Assembly (NCBI GenBank): GCA_013265495.1
Contig: MU058065.1
Span: 7,254,302 to 7,318,301 of the forward strand
From: Vicugna vicugna
Lineage: Eukaryota
Direction of reading: 5' to 3'
DNA: 64,000 nucleotides
Shown here: positions 48,204-61,600 of the stretch, one piece after another
Layout of the letters: the number at the start of each line of letters is the position of its first letter
Position numbering within the stretch: the first letter of the stretch is position 1
Notes under the pieces: model-generated
Database searches by the model: none
Told to the model about the DNA's origin: nothing
What the model saw: the letters and a program-made list of their open reading frames with translations, nothing else
Program-made: the position numbers and the translations under genes

Positions 48204-48992
48204 CCAGAGAAAGAGTTCTCTGAAGTCAGACAACAAGAAGAATTTCCAGCTTGAGAGATGTGGCAGACGTTAGTGATGGAAGAAAAACAGAGGGTTATTT
48301 CTAATAGAGGTCTTTGTTTAGGAGAGAACTCAAAGGAAGGGGATGTGGTCCAAAAGCTTCTGGACCAAATAGCCTAATGTGAGCTCAAATAAGGCACAAG
48401 ACCACAGCTAGGACTCTAGATCTTGATGCCATCTTCTGGAGCAGGTACATTCTGGATTCAGTGCCCTTTTAAAAATTACAGTTATCATCACCATCATCTA
48501 AACAGGTAAGCAGTTTCAGCTCCCAGACCACTGAAGCAAATTCATATACCATTTTGTTACTTCTTGAACAGATCTCCTGGCTCAAATGCTCTTCTAATCT
48601 CTTAGATTTACATAATTTAAAATTTCCCAAATCTATACTTTTTATTGGTTATCTCACCAGAAGACACTTTGCTAAGTACTCTTTGTCCATGGCCATGTAC
48701 CTAGAACTGCAAAGCTGACTGCATACAGGTCACTGCCTCTCACTGTGATGCATTCACTGAAGGGCCTTCAGAAGCATCATCCCATTAATCACCACAACCA
48801 GAATCTCACTTGGTGAAAGAAGATAAAGAGGCTAAGCAACCTACCCATGCCCAGATAATCACTGAAGAAAAGAGCTAGGGTGCAAACTTGAGCATCCTAG
48901 CTCTAAGGCCTGCACTTTGAACCTGGCTGTTGGAAAGTCCATCTTCTTGAGAACCCACCAATCACATGACACGGTTTCCATCTAGCTACATC

Positions 48993-49505
48993 CTGTTCTG
49001 TTATTTATTAGTGCAGAGTAAACCACCCCTAAACATGATGGTGCAGAACAACATTTGTTTTATCATGCTTTAACATTCTCAGGGTCAGTAATTCAGAGAG
49101 GGCATGGTGGTGGCAATGGCACTTCTCTGCTCCATGATGTCTCAGCCCTCAGCTGGGATGACACAAGTAGCTGGAGGTTGGAATAGCTGGGGCTGGAGGA
49201 TCCACTTCTAAGTTGGCTTCTTCACTCACAGACCTGGTGCCTTGGCTGGGATCACTGTCATCCAGGGCTCTTAGCATCACGGTCACAGTATAGAGGTAAT
49301 TCTTACATGGAGGCTCAGGGGTCCAAGAGTGAGTGCCCCAGTGAAGATGAAGCTGCACCTATATAACTAACCTTGGACAGCACCTAGCCTCCCTTCTGCT
49401 CTCCAGTATCCGTCAAGATGTCTGGAACCTGCTCATGCTTGAGAGGAGGAGTCCTCTCAATAGAAGACTGTCAAAGAATTTGTGGCCATGTTTTAAAACC
49501 ACTAT
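48993..49505 (-). mobile_element. MaLR solo LTR (MLT1G/H-like)
   Basis: aaaccacccctaaac...gggtcagtaattcag...tctctgctccatgatgtct...gctggggctggaggatccacttctaag...tgtggccatgttttaaaaccac. Confidence 0.82.
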
Positions 49506-49889
49506 GTGTGTTAAAATTCCGTGTCAGTAAGCAAGTATATTGTGCACTCCAGATCCTGACATATGTATGCCAAGGGAAAAGTACACAACACATTGCTTGG
49601 TTTTTTCTTCATTTTAAATTAACTAAACAGAAAATGTTGAGCTGGAGAGTATTTGGGCCTTTATTTGCATCTTCCCCATTACTATGGTGATACAGTGGGA
49701 GGGGTATCAACGCAGGAGAAAAGAGCAGGTGGACACCATTCACCTGTAAGATGTTGAGTGAAAGGAAACCAAAAACCTCTGCCACCTTGGCTTGGTTCAG
49801 ATTCAGAATCAACCCACTTACTCCAGCTGAGCATTTTGTATTTTATTGCTGAGAAGGTTGAGGCCCAAAGAGGAGAAGAGATGTGTCCA

Positions 49890-50252
49890 GATCTGTGTGG
49901 TCCAATATGGTAGCCACTAGCCACATGTGGCTTTTCATTTATTTATTTATTTATTTTTATTGAAGTAAAGTCAGTTTACAATGTTGCATCAGTTTCAGGT
50001 GTACAGCATTATAGTTCAGTCACACATGTACATATGTATATTCATTTGCATATTCATTTTAATTATAGGTTACTATAAGATATTGAATATAGCCCCCTGT
50101 GCTATACAGTATAAACTTGCTGTTTATCTGTTTTATCACATGTGGCTATTTAAATAGAGATGAACTAAAGTTAAACATTTAGTTCCTCGGTTACATTTCA
50201 CGCTCTCTACAGCTACATGTGGCTGATGGCTACTGTGCTGGACAATACAGAG
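49890..50252. mobile_element. MER3/MER33-type hAT MITE interrupted by an L1
   Basis: tgtggtccaatatggtagccactagccacatgtggct on the left; gctacatgtggctgatggctactgtgctggaca on the right (inverted ends). Confidence 0.8.
49937..50136 (-). mobile_element. 5'-truncated L1 3' end (camelid/artiodactyl-type)
   Basis: (ATTT)n tail plus ttattgaagtaaagtcagtttacaatgttg. TSD core cacatgtggct at 49922-49932 and 50137-50147. Confidence 0.88.
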
Positions 50253-51104
50253 TGTTTCTATCCTTGCAGAACGTTGTCTTGAATGGTGCTGTTTTAGAGT
50301 CATTCAACGAGTCTAATCTAGTCTAGAGCTGAATCTTGGTCTAGAGCCCTACTCCACTGCTGACCAGGCCCTGAAATTTTCCCCAGGGAGGTGGCAGTGA
50401 ACTGGGACATTGTCTCCAGAGGCTCAAAGTACATCTCAAAGCACAGAGCCTGCCTCTTATTTCTGTCTGTGCATTTTAGATTGGCTGACTCTCTGATTTC
50501 ACACAGCCTCCAGGTGTGTGAAAGAGGCTGAAGGGCCTGGGCTGAAGGAAGGAGGAATGGATGGTACCTCCTGGGACACAAGAGATATGCTTATTTCGCA
50601 GCACTATGGGGAACTGGCTTCAGAGTAGGGATGAGCCCCCCTGCCAGGGGAGGGAGGCTTCCCCTATTCTCACTGCAGTAGAGACAACTGTGTAATGAAC
50701 ACTCCTTTGGCTACATCCTGGCCTGTCAGTGGGCCCCACCCCTGCTCTTTGGCCTGGAGGCTCTAAGGTGTCACCTCCCATCTTGGACAGGGTTCCAAAG
50801 CCAACTTCCCTCCCTTCACAGGCCTCTTAGGTCTGCCAGACACCAGCCTCCTCCTGCCCTCTTCAAGCTGACTCTGCTGCCCTTTTATCTGCTTCAGCAG
50901 GGAGAGAGCAGTCAGCACCTTCCCCTTTCCATTGCCAGGTACCAGCAAGGCCCCTATGGCTCTGTGCCCACTGAAAGGATGAGTGGCAGAGGCCTGAGTC
51001 CTGGCTCCTGCTCCACCCCCAACCCTGTATGAGACCTTGCATAAGTCAGCTTATCTCTACAGACTTTAGTTTCTCAACTGCAAAATGAGGATGGGGTGGT
51101 TTAT

Positions 51105-51460
51105 GTCAGTGCTTCTCCAACTTTACACAGATCTCCCGGGGAATCTTGCTAAAATTTGAATTTCAATTCTATAGTGTTGGGTGGGGCTTGGGATTCTGCA
51201 TTTCTAATAAGCTCCCAGGTGAAGCTTCAACTGCTTTTCTGCCCTGGCAAGGATTCAGCTTTGTTCCATAGAACACTCTGTTGTAATAGAAATGTCCTTT
51301 GTCTGAGCTCTCCGGTATGGTAGCCGCTAGTCACTGTGGCTCTTTTGCACCTGAAGTGTGGCTAGTGAGTCCAAGGAAGTGACTTATAAATTTTATTAAT
51401 TTTCATTAATTTAAACTTCAAGGTGTGACAAGTGGCTACCATCTTGGACAACATAGATAA
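51105..51460. mobile_element. Adjacent MER5A-type and MER3-type hAT MITEs
   Basis: cagtgcttctccaacttt...ggattctgcatttctaataagctcccaggtga (MER5A-like), then gaacactctgttgtaatagaaatgtc...atggtagccgctagtcac...gtggctaccatcttggaca (MER3-like). Confidence 0.75.
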
Positions 51461-52784
51461 ACAATGTCTATGATCTGCCACTGACCAGCTGTGTGAATTT
51501 GGACAGATCATCTAATCCTTCAGGTACCAGTACAGTACCTGGACACAGCAGATGCTCAGTTCTTGTTAACATGTCACAGTGGAGCCTCTCTGAGTCTGTG
51601 GAACTAGAGTTCAAATGCTGAATCTAGCACTCAGCAGGTACATAAAACTGACCAGTTATTTAATCTCTCTTTGCCTTTGTTTTATCATCTTTCGAATGAA
51701 GATCACAATACTTGTCATAAAAGTTTCAATTATTCATCAATTTTGCCAGTCAACAAACATTGATTGAGCTCTCTCTTTACGTATCAGGTGCTTGTGATAT
51801 AATGGCAAGTAAAAACGGATACTGTTCATATGACGTACTATGAGAGAAATCAACCATCACAAAAAGTATAGAGTTCTGGCAGAGGCAGGTGATGCTGCAG
51901 GTGTCTGTAACTTCCACCCTGGGGAAGAGATATTGCCTGGGCATGAACACACACTTGCCAACTGGATGTTGGAGATATGGGTGTGGAACCAGGAAGAGAA
52001 GCTGGGCTGGAGTTGTGAATTCATGAGTTGTCTACTCATAGTGTCATTGGAGAGTAAAGGAGACAAAATTTGTAAAGGGGCTCCACACACCACCAAGAGG
52101 GGCTCAGGGTATGGCTGTCTCCTGTCCCCTTCCCTCCGTGGAGATTTGGTGCACCCTTCATGCTGGTGGCGCAGAGGAAAGCCCAGTCTCTGTATTGAAT
52201 TCTCCCATCATCATTGCTGCTTAGGTCTTCCTGAATCTGGAACAATTCCCTTCCCTGGTTGAAACAATTCATCAGCAAAACCTGGATGCACCAAATGAAA
52301 TATCATCAGAAATCTACCAATTGGTGTACATTTTACTAGTTCCCAGATGAACAAACACCCGTAAAGCCAACTTATATGGGGAAAGGGATTTATCAGATTC
52401 TGGGCTCTGACAACCTGGCCTAATTGTTACTGGTCTGTATGCAGCCCCTCTGAACTTTTGCTGCATTTGTAATTTGTAGAAATAAAGGGATATCTTACAT
52501 TGGGGAGGGTTAATTATTTTGATTGATTAAAGGATCTTGTTTCCTTCAAAAGGAAGATGCTTGTCTTGAGAGATGGGAACATGTCTCAAACCTCTGTATC
52601 TCTGCACAGCCACCTACACTGTAGTCCACTTAGGGTGCTGGTTATCTGGGTGACTCAGTACACTCACACCTGCCCCAGGGCAGATTCCAGTCTCTAAGTG
52701 GATATTACAGGAAAAACAACAGCTTGTCCAGCCTTCATTCTGAAACTTACTCCCTTTCCCACTTTCATATACTCTTGGGACTGA

Positions 52785-55689
52785 GTCAGTTCCCTGAAAA
52801 GCTATTATCAGAAAGCCAATCTGCCAGATGATCAATTCACCTATTGACTAGTGTACCACATTCACCAAATTAAATATTTTGTAATATTTGAATAAAGTGT
52901 TTAACCACTTTAACAGGAAGTTAGTATATCACATTTAATATAATGTCTCATTTTGCTACCAACTATGCTACACAAAAAACATTTTATCATCAATAACACT
53001 ATTTCAGCATTTCATATGGAAAATTTATGCTAATATTTTTCACCTTATGCTAATATTTATGTGGAACTGCTTTAACTGATGGCTACTTTAGATTTTCTTT
53101 GTATGTTTTGGAATATAAATTTTAATTTAATCTAGTTTAAACTGATTCACTTTGTATGTTTTCAAATTTAAAATTACGCTTTTGATTTTTTCCATATTGA
53201 AGATTTAGTTTAAGTTTAAATTTAATTTAAAATTCTGATATATTTCCAATGCTTTTGAACATAAATACAATATTAAATGTTGAATTGCCAGGAATACAAA
53301 ATTAAGGCAGATAGGCAATTTGAGGAATCAGTGAACATTACTGAAGAGTGCTTGATGTTTAGAAAAATGGATAATGACACTGTAGCACAGTAGAAATCAG
53401 AAGTGCCTAAAAAAACCTATCACCTACACAATGCCAATTTATAGCATCCAATAAAGAGAAATTGAGATCTATTGATTTTATAGCTATTATGAGAAATCTA
53501 TATAGCAGGTGACAAAAGTGACATTGTCTCTTTTTGGTAAATCAGGTAAGCAACTAGAAATTTATTTTTAAATGTCACTTTTGGCTTTTGCCAATATTCC
53601 TGCATCTTTAGCATTTCTCAGGTAGTCAACCTACCTTGATTTATTATTTCTGGTCATTATTAGCCACATTTTAAAATTCAAAATGGTTACTCCTACTGCT
53701 TTCAGATTGATTTTTCTGGGACTATATGCCTGGTCTTTGACACATGACTAGCGTGGGAACTCTCTTCTGGCCAACCTCAAATCCCTTCCATTGCTTTAGT
53801 TGTACCTTTTCCCCTTGTACATTTCTGCAAACTGCTGCCAAGTGTATGTAAATTTTTAATTAACTTTAAATTAAAACCAAAATAAATTAACTTTAACCAG
53901 CACTCAAAATAAAGCAGAATTTTATGACATTAGTTTGTAAGTTAAATTTTAATTCCAGGTTCAAAACCATCCAAAATAAATCAGAATTAGCTAGAGGAAA
54001 ATTTCCAGTTAGTGAAAAGCTGAAAGCATTTTCTCTATGATCAGGAATAAGACAAGGATGCACATTCTTGCCACTTTTATACTAGACAGTATTGGAAGTA
54101 AACCAGCAACAGCAATCAGTTGAGAAAAAGAAATAAAAGAAATACAGACTGGAAAGGAAAAAGTAAAACTGTCATTGTTTGCAAATGACATACATAGAGA
54201 ATTCTACACACACCACCAAAAAGCTATACTAGGACTCTTCAATTAATTTTGAAAAGTTTGCAGGATTCAAAATTAATATACGGAAATCTGTTGCATCTCT
54301 ATACACTAATAGTGAACAACAAGAAGGAGAAATTAAGAAAGCAATCCTATTTACAATCACACCAAAAGGAATAAAATACCTGAAAATAAATCTAACTAAG
54401 GAGGTAAAAGACCTATAGTAGGAAAACTATGACACTGATGAAGGAAATTGAAGATGACACAGACAGGAAGATATGTAACTCATGAACTGAAGAATTAATA
54501 TTGTTAAAATGACCATACTACTCAAGGTAATCTACAGATTCAATGTAATCGCTGTCAAAATACCAATGGTATTTTTCACAGAACTAGAACAAATAATTCA
54601 AATTTGTATGGCAACACGAAGACCATAAATAGCCAAAACAATCTTGAGAAAGAAGAACAAAGCTAGTTGATTTCAAACTATACTACAAAGCTACACTTAC
54701 CAAAAAAGTATGGTGCTGGCACAAATACAGATATATAGATCAATGGAACAGAATAGAGAGTCCAAAAATGAACCCACACTTAATATGGGTTAAATCTATG
54801 ACAAAGGAGGCAAGAACATGCAATGTGGGGAATGATAGTCTCTTTAATAAATGGATGCAAAGGATTCAAAGGATTCAAACTGGACTACTTTCTCACACCA
54901 TGCATAAAAAATGAAATTCAAAACAGATTAAAGACTTAAATATAAGACCTGAAATCGCAAAACGTCTATAAGAAAACATAACAATACACTCTTTAACATC
55001 AATCTTAGTAATTTTTTTTGGATATGTCTCCTCAGTCAAGGGAAACAAGGAAAAATAAACAAGTTAAACTACATTAAACTAAAAAAGCTTTTGCTTAAGG
55101 AAGGAAACCATTAAAAAATCAAAAGGGTTGCCTACTGATTGGGAGAAGATATTTGTAAATGATATCTGATTAGGGGTAATATCCAAAGTATACAAAGAAC
55201 TCATACAACCAAACATCAAAAAACCAAACAACCTGATTAAAAATAGGAAGATAACCTAAACAGACATTTTTCTAAAGAAGACATAAAGTTGGCCAACAGA
55301 CACATGAATAGATGCTCAACATCACTAAGTATCAGGGAAATGCAAATCAAAATTGCAATGAGATATCACCTCATCCCTGTCAGAATGATTATTATCAAAA
55401 AGACAACAAATAACAAGTGTTGGCAAGGATATGGAGAAAAGAGAACCCTCATACACTGCTGGTGGGAGTGTTAATTGGAAAACAGTATGGAGATTCCTCA
55501 TAAAATTAAAAATAGAACTACCATATGATACAGCAATTCCATTCCTGGGTATTTATCTGAAGGAGAAAAAAAAACACTAATTAGAAAAGGTATATGCATC
55601 TCCATGTTCATTGCAACATTACTTACAATAGCCAAGATATGAAGGCAGCCTAAGTCGCCATTAATAGATGAATAGATAAAGATGTGTTT

Positions 55690-55726
<37 letters not shown>

Positions 55727-56625
55727 ATGTATATATACAGTGAAATATTAGTCATAAAAGAATAAAGTTTTCCATTTGCAACAAAATAGCTAGGCCTGGA
55801 GGGTATTATGTTAAGTGAAATAAGTCAGACAGAGAAAGACAAATACTGCACAATTTCATTTATATGTGGAATCTGAAAAAAAAAAACAAACATAACAAAA
55901 CAGAATCAGAGCCACAGATACAGAGGTGTTTGCCAGAGGGGAGGAGGGTGGGGGTAGGAGGGAAATAGGTGAGGAAGATTAAGAGGTACAACTCTCTAGT
56001 TGCAAAATAAATGAGTCATAGATACGAAATGTACAGTGTAGGGAATATAGTCAATAATAATGTAATCATTATACAGTGACAAATCATAACTAGACTTATC
56101 ATGGTGGTCATTTTGAAATGTACAGAAATATGGAATCACTATATTCTGTAACAGAAGCTAACATAGTGTTATAGGTTAATTATATTCCAAAAACAAACAA
56201 AGAAACCATAGGAAAAGAGGTCAGATTTGTGGCTACCAGAAGCAGATGGGAGGAGGGAGAATTGAATGAAGGCAGTCAAAAAATACAAACTTTCAGTTAT
56301 AAGATAAAGAAGTAGTAGGGAGGTAATGTACAACATGATAAATATAATTGACACTGCTGTGTATTAAATATGAAACTTGTTAAGAGAGTAAATTCTAAGA
56401 GTTCTCATCACAAGGACAAAAAAAGAAAATTCCCAGTTAAAAATTATAATATACTGGAAAGATTTCCCTATTTCATACAGAAATTTCAGTGGATAAATGT
56501 TTCCATTAAACATCACAATATGTGAATTTGGTAAATTTATTGAATTGGTCATTTGGCGATTTGATCTTTCTAAGAGATGGCTTCCTGGGAATTAGCTTTC
56601 AGCAATCTGGCATTTCAGGGAATTA
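52785..56625. mobile_element. Putative ancient DNA transposon with imperfect terminal inverted repeats, split by an L1
   Basis: 52790-52866 aligns by eye with the reverse complement of ~56521-56593. The interior is very AT-rich. Confidence 0.5.
54012..56424 (+). mobile_element. L1 (L1MA9-related, laurasiatherian-type), 3' half of ORF2 plus 3'UTR
   Basis: Begins in the RT region (gaaaagctgaaagcattttctct...aggaataagacaaggatg). ORF2 C-terminal peptide at 55289 ([27 protein letters not shown]). TSD gaaaatttccagtta (53997-54011) / gaaaattcccagtta (56425-56439). Confidence 0.93.
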
Positions 56626-57057
56626 TTTTTTACCAAATGGGCATTCACTGAAAGGATTTTAACTGAACTGGTGGATACCTACCCCTTTCCACCCTCTCTT
56701 CTTGAGCTTTCTAGACTCCCCTAGCCACCTCCTCCCTCCCTTACCCCAACAAGCCCTTATAAATCTCTAACTAGTTTTCTCAGGGGTGCAGATTCACCTT
56801 GAGAGCACTTAACAGTCAAGCCTTTAGGAGGTATTGACATTATTTATATAATTTGGGGGTGGGAGGCTGTGGCATGCCGGAAACTCAAGAGTTTTAAAAG
56901 AGTCTAGTGATATGGGAATGCTATCCTCGTCCCCTCCCGGCTCTACCTTGAGAAATATGGGATTGCAGAACTGAATCCCATCTGTGTAGCTAGAGGGGAA
57001 AGATTAAGATTCCTAACTTAGCTCTGGAGTTGGAAGAGACCTTAAGATTATCTAGTC

Positions 57058-57255
57058 TAGAGTTTCTTAACCTCAGTACTATTGGTATTTTGGGCTAGAT
57101 GATTCTTTACTGTGGGGGGGGCTCTCCTGGGCATTGTAGGCTTTGTTGCCAGTGGCTCCTCCTAAGTTGTGACAATTAAAAAATGTCCCCAGACATTGTT
57201 AAATGTCCCAGGGTAGAGGATAGGGAGAGTAAAGTCATCCCTGGTTGAGAATCTT
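57058..57255. mobile_element. MER20 hAT-Charlie MITE
   Basis: gtttcttaacctcagtactattggtattttgggctagatgattcttt...gttgtgacaattaaaaaatgtccccagacattgttaaatgtccc...ccctggttgagaa. Confidence 0.88.
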
Positions 57256-57359
57256 TGATCTACTCTCCCATCTAATCTAAAACTTTCCTTTACATTTTAT
57301 TTCATATACTCACTGCAGGGGCCTGGGAACTCACCTTATCACTTTGGTTTTCCTGGGAG

Positions 57360-57550
57360 GTAGCTTCATTGGTGTCATGAGAAGAGCATGGGCTTTGTGA
57401 CATACTGCTTTGGGGTCAGATCCTGTTTCTGTTACTTATTAGGTGTGACCTTGAGCAAACGTCTTAACTCATTTCAACCTGTTTCCTGATATGTCCTAAC
57501 CCTTGTTTCACAGATTTATTGCATGGACTAAATAGCTATGTATATAAAAT
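57360..57550 (+). mobile_element. MIR SINE
   Basis: gaagagcatgggctttg...gatcctgtttctgttacttattaggtgtgaccttgagcaa. Confidence 0.75.
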
Positions 57551-57610
57551 ATCTGGGCCTTTGGTATGCTTGAAAATTATATTCCATATATTGGGCCCCA
57601 AACTCCCCCT

Positions 57611-57963
57611 TGCTATGGTAAATATTTGTGTCCACCCAAAATTCATATATTGAAATCCTGTGTCTAATGTGATGGTCTTAGGTTGAGCATTTGGTGGGTG
57701 ATAAGGTCATTAGGGCTCCTATAAATGAAAGTAATGCTCCTTAAAAGAGTCCTTAGAGAGAGCTCCCTTGCTCCTTCTACCGTCCAAGGCCATGATGAGA
57801 AGCTGGCAGTCTACCACCTGGTAAAAGACCTTCACCAGACGTGACCATGCTGGCACCATGATCTTGGACTTTCATTCTCTAGAACTGGAAAATTAAATGT
57901 CTGTTGTTTATAAACCATCCCATCTGTGGTATTTTATTACAGTAGCCAGAATGAACTAAGACA
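57611..57963 (+). mobile_element. MaLR solo LTR (MLT1A-like), complete
   Basis: tgctatgg...cccaaaattcatatattgaaatcct...gaccatgctggcaccatgatcttggactt...gaactaagaca; paralogous to 27291-27653. Confidence 0.9.
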
Positions 57964-60009
57964 TCCTCCTTGGTCCTGCTCCTGCATCCCAGTGCCACAC
58001 AGACTATCAGATCTTTGGACCTTGTGATGGCTCTGAATTCAGCCATTGATAGCTGCCATCCCATGCTATTTCTTCTTAGCAGATCAAGCTCCATATACCT
58101 TGATTCCTTCTCAGACAGTTCAGAGACAATAGCAAATTTCAAGGGGATATTAATCATTAAGTCAATGTGAAGCTGGGCAGAGAGGCGACTTAGGGCTGGC
58201 ACTGCAATGGGAGGAGTAAACCCCTAAAAGGCCTTGCCTGGAAGGTTTGATCCTCCAGAGGTTGCAGCAGTCACTGTAGAAAGACCAAATGATCCCTCAG
58301 CCTTTGTGCAGAAGAGCTGGAAGATGAACCACCTAAATAGAAACCAAACCCTAAGCATGTGTTATGCTAAGAGACTGAGGTCACACTGCCCCTGGCATTT
58401 CCCTTTTCCCACTGGTTGCCCATGTGGAATGAGCTTCTGATACTTTCCAGGAAGCATAGATGACACACAAACCCTCAAGCCTGGAGATTTGAGAAACCAC
58501 ATGACCCCTTGGAAGAGCTAGCATTTACTGAGCAGTTTTAAAAAGATCCCTGAAGTCAGGGAGCCACCAGATAGCTTTCCTATGGGGATTTAAACTCTTC
58601 CTGCTTGGGGAGGCCACGAATCGGGCTTACCTCATATGACCCCATAGGTAACCTGAAAATATAGCTCAATTGCTCTTGTCAATTTCATGACTGGAAAATG
58701 CGGGCCCCAGATTGCTACCTTGTGTCATGAGATGAATTCTGAGTAAAAGTAATGGGACTCCACCTACCTGGTGCCAGAAAGATCCCCCCAGCCAGTGATG
58801 GCAGGCCCTGGAGAGGGCAGGGGACTGAGGCATTTGCTTCAGTTGATTTTGACATATTTGAGAACATTTTCTTGAATGCCAGAGTTGGCTTTTGTTTCTC
58901 TTTGGATGGGGAAAGATAAATTGGTTTGAAATGACTGGCTTGAGAGGATGGTCTCCCAAAGCCCCATTAGGAATAGACTGAAATCATGGGTAATGTTGGG
59001 ACTTGCACACAACGTAGTCCTGCCTGACATTCTCTGGAGCAGGAGAGCCTGTTAGCCAAGGGGATTAGACCAGATTGTTTAAACACTGGGCTGCTGCGTC
59101 TGGCCTAAGGCTCTGTGCAATTTACTCCTAGACAATCTCTCAATTTATGAGTCTAAATCACATGCAGCACTATTGTGAATCTCCAGCGCCATCCCTTGCA
59201 AGTGTTGAAGATAAGAGCTCCAAATGGGATGCTTTGTTGGACTCAAGGAAGAAGAGAAGGGCTGTATTTTCTAAGTCCACAGGAAAACATTAGAGTGATT
59301 TTGGGACATCTCTGAGAGGCTTTGGAAATGCAAGGAGGGGGAGAGAGGCATTTTTAAGGTCTTTTCTTTCCCATGACTCGGTCGTGATGAAGAGAGAGGA
59401 AGAGTGAGAAATGGCCATACCTGTTGGAGGTATTGAGTTAGGAGTAGTCTCCCCTTTCTGTGGAAGACCTTTACTGTACTGGACCCTCCTGAAACAAACA
59501 TGACCTCAGAAGCATTGAATCTTTGGCTGGAAAGGCTGCCCATCTGGATTCTCTACTTCAGCCTCAGCTGTAGGACTGTAACCAAACTTTTCCTCAAGAG
59601 CCACTTACATTGCGTTTCAGGGGTCTTTAGATACAGTCAACTTTCATTTCGTAACCTCAGAGAAAGTCAGAGAGCTAAAGGAATTCAGGGGCTAGTCAGT
59701 TCAATGTGCAGTTCTAAAGTTAAAAAAAATCTAAAGGTTGGAGAAATGTTATGACTTGTCTAAATATGCACACCAATTAGTGTCAGAGTCTGAACCGTGA
59801 TACAGAAATCTTTCCTCCTTGTCTCGAGCTCTTTCAGCAGGATCCCGCCATGTCCTCTAGTTCCACCAAACCTGTGTTTGCTGAGGGATGTTTAATTGCT
59901 CTTGTGGTTTTACAATTTTTCTCTTCTAAACAACTATCTTTAGCTTTGATAGGAATGCAGAATAGTACTACATATATGTTCTTCTTTCTTTTTTTTTGGT
60001 GGTGTGTTC

Positions 60010-61480
60010 CTTTTTAATTTTTTTAAATTAGACTTTTTAAAAGCAGTTTTAGGTTTATAACAAAATTATATATAGATTTCTCATATGCTTCTTACCCCAC
60101 ACAAGCATAGCCTCCTCCATTACCAAAATCACTCACCAAAATGGCACATTTTTTATGAAGGGTGAACCTATATTGACACATCATAAGCACATAAAGTCCA
60201 TAGTTTACCATAGGGGTATGTGTTTGGACAAAAGCATAATGACATATATCCTTATTATAATATTATGTACAGTATTTTCACTGCCCTAAATATTCTCTGT
60301 GCTCTGCCTATTCACCTCTCCTCGCCACTCCTGGTAAATACTGACATTTCTGTTTCCATAGTTTTGTCTTTTCTAGAATGTCAAATATGTTGGACGTACA
60401 TAATATAGTATGTAATCTTTTCATATTGGCTTCTTTCATGTAGTAATATGCATTTTAGTTTCCATCATGTCTTTTCATGGCTTGATAGCTCATTTTTAGT
60501 GCTGAATAATATTTCATTGTCTGGATGTAGCATAGTTCATTTATCCATTCACCTACTGAAGGACATCATGGTTGTTTCCAAGTTTTGGCAATTATGAATA
60601 AAGCTGCTATAAACATCCATGTGAAGGTTTTTGTGTAGACATAAAATTTTAACTCCTTGGGTGAATACTAGGTGGTGTGGTTTCTGGACTGAATGGTAAG
60701 ATTATGTTTAGTTTTGTAAGACATTGCCAAACTGTCCTCCAAAGTGGCTGGAAGTTTTGCATTCTCACCAGCAATGCAGGAGATTGCCTGTTGCCCCACA
60801 ACTTCACCAGCATTTGGTGTTGTCAGTGTTCTGGATTTTGTACATTCTAATAGTTGTGTAGTGGTATCTTGCTGCAGTTTTAATTTGCATTTCCCTGATG
60901 ACATGTGATATGGAGTCTCTTTTCACAGGCTTATTTGCCATCTGAATGTCTTCTTTGATGAGGTGTCTGTTAAATTCTTTGGCCCATTTAAAAAATTGGG
61001 TAGTTTCTTTTCTTATTGTTGAATTTTAAAAATTCCTTGTATATTTTGGATAACAATCTTTTATCAGATGGGTCTCTTGCAGATATTTTCTCCAAGTCTG
61101 TGACTTGTCTTCTAATTCTCTTGATATTGCCATTCACGAGTAGAGGTTTTCAATTTTAATGAAGTCTAGCTTATCAATGATTTCTTTCATGTATTGCATT
61201 TTTGGTGTTATATCTAAAAAAGGCATCACCAACCCAAAGTCAAATAAGTTGTCTCCTATGTTATCTTCTAGGAGACTTATGATTTTGTATTTCATACTTA
61301 GATTTATGATTCATTTTGAATAAATTTTTCTGAAAAGTGTGAAGTCTGTGCTGAGATTTATTTACTGGCACAGATGCCAATTTGTTTCAGCACCATTTGT
61401 TGCAGACTATCTTTGCTCCATTGTATTGTCTTTGCGCCAACGTCAAAGATCAGTCTACTACATATAAGGGAGTTTATTTT
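60010..61480 (-). mobile_element. Old L1 (L1MC1/2-like) 3' end
   Basis: aagcagttttaggttt...gaacctatattgacacatcat...aaagtccatagttt 3'UTR text, followed by antisense ORF2 text. Confidence 0.87.
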
Positions 61481-61600
61481 TATTTACTAACATTTATGAA
61501 ATATTTATTTGCTCAACAACAGAGGATATTTATAGAGCTCCATCTATATGCCAGGGATAATGCTAAGAGCTCTGTGTATATTACCACATTTAATCCTCAA

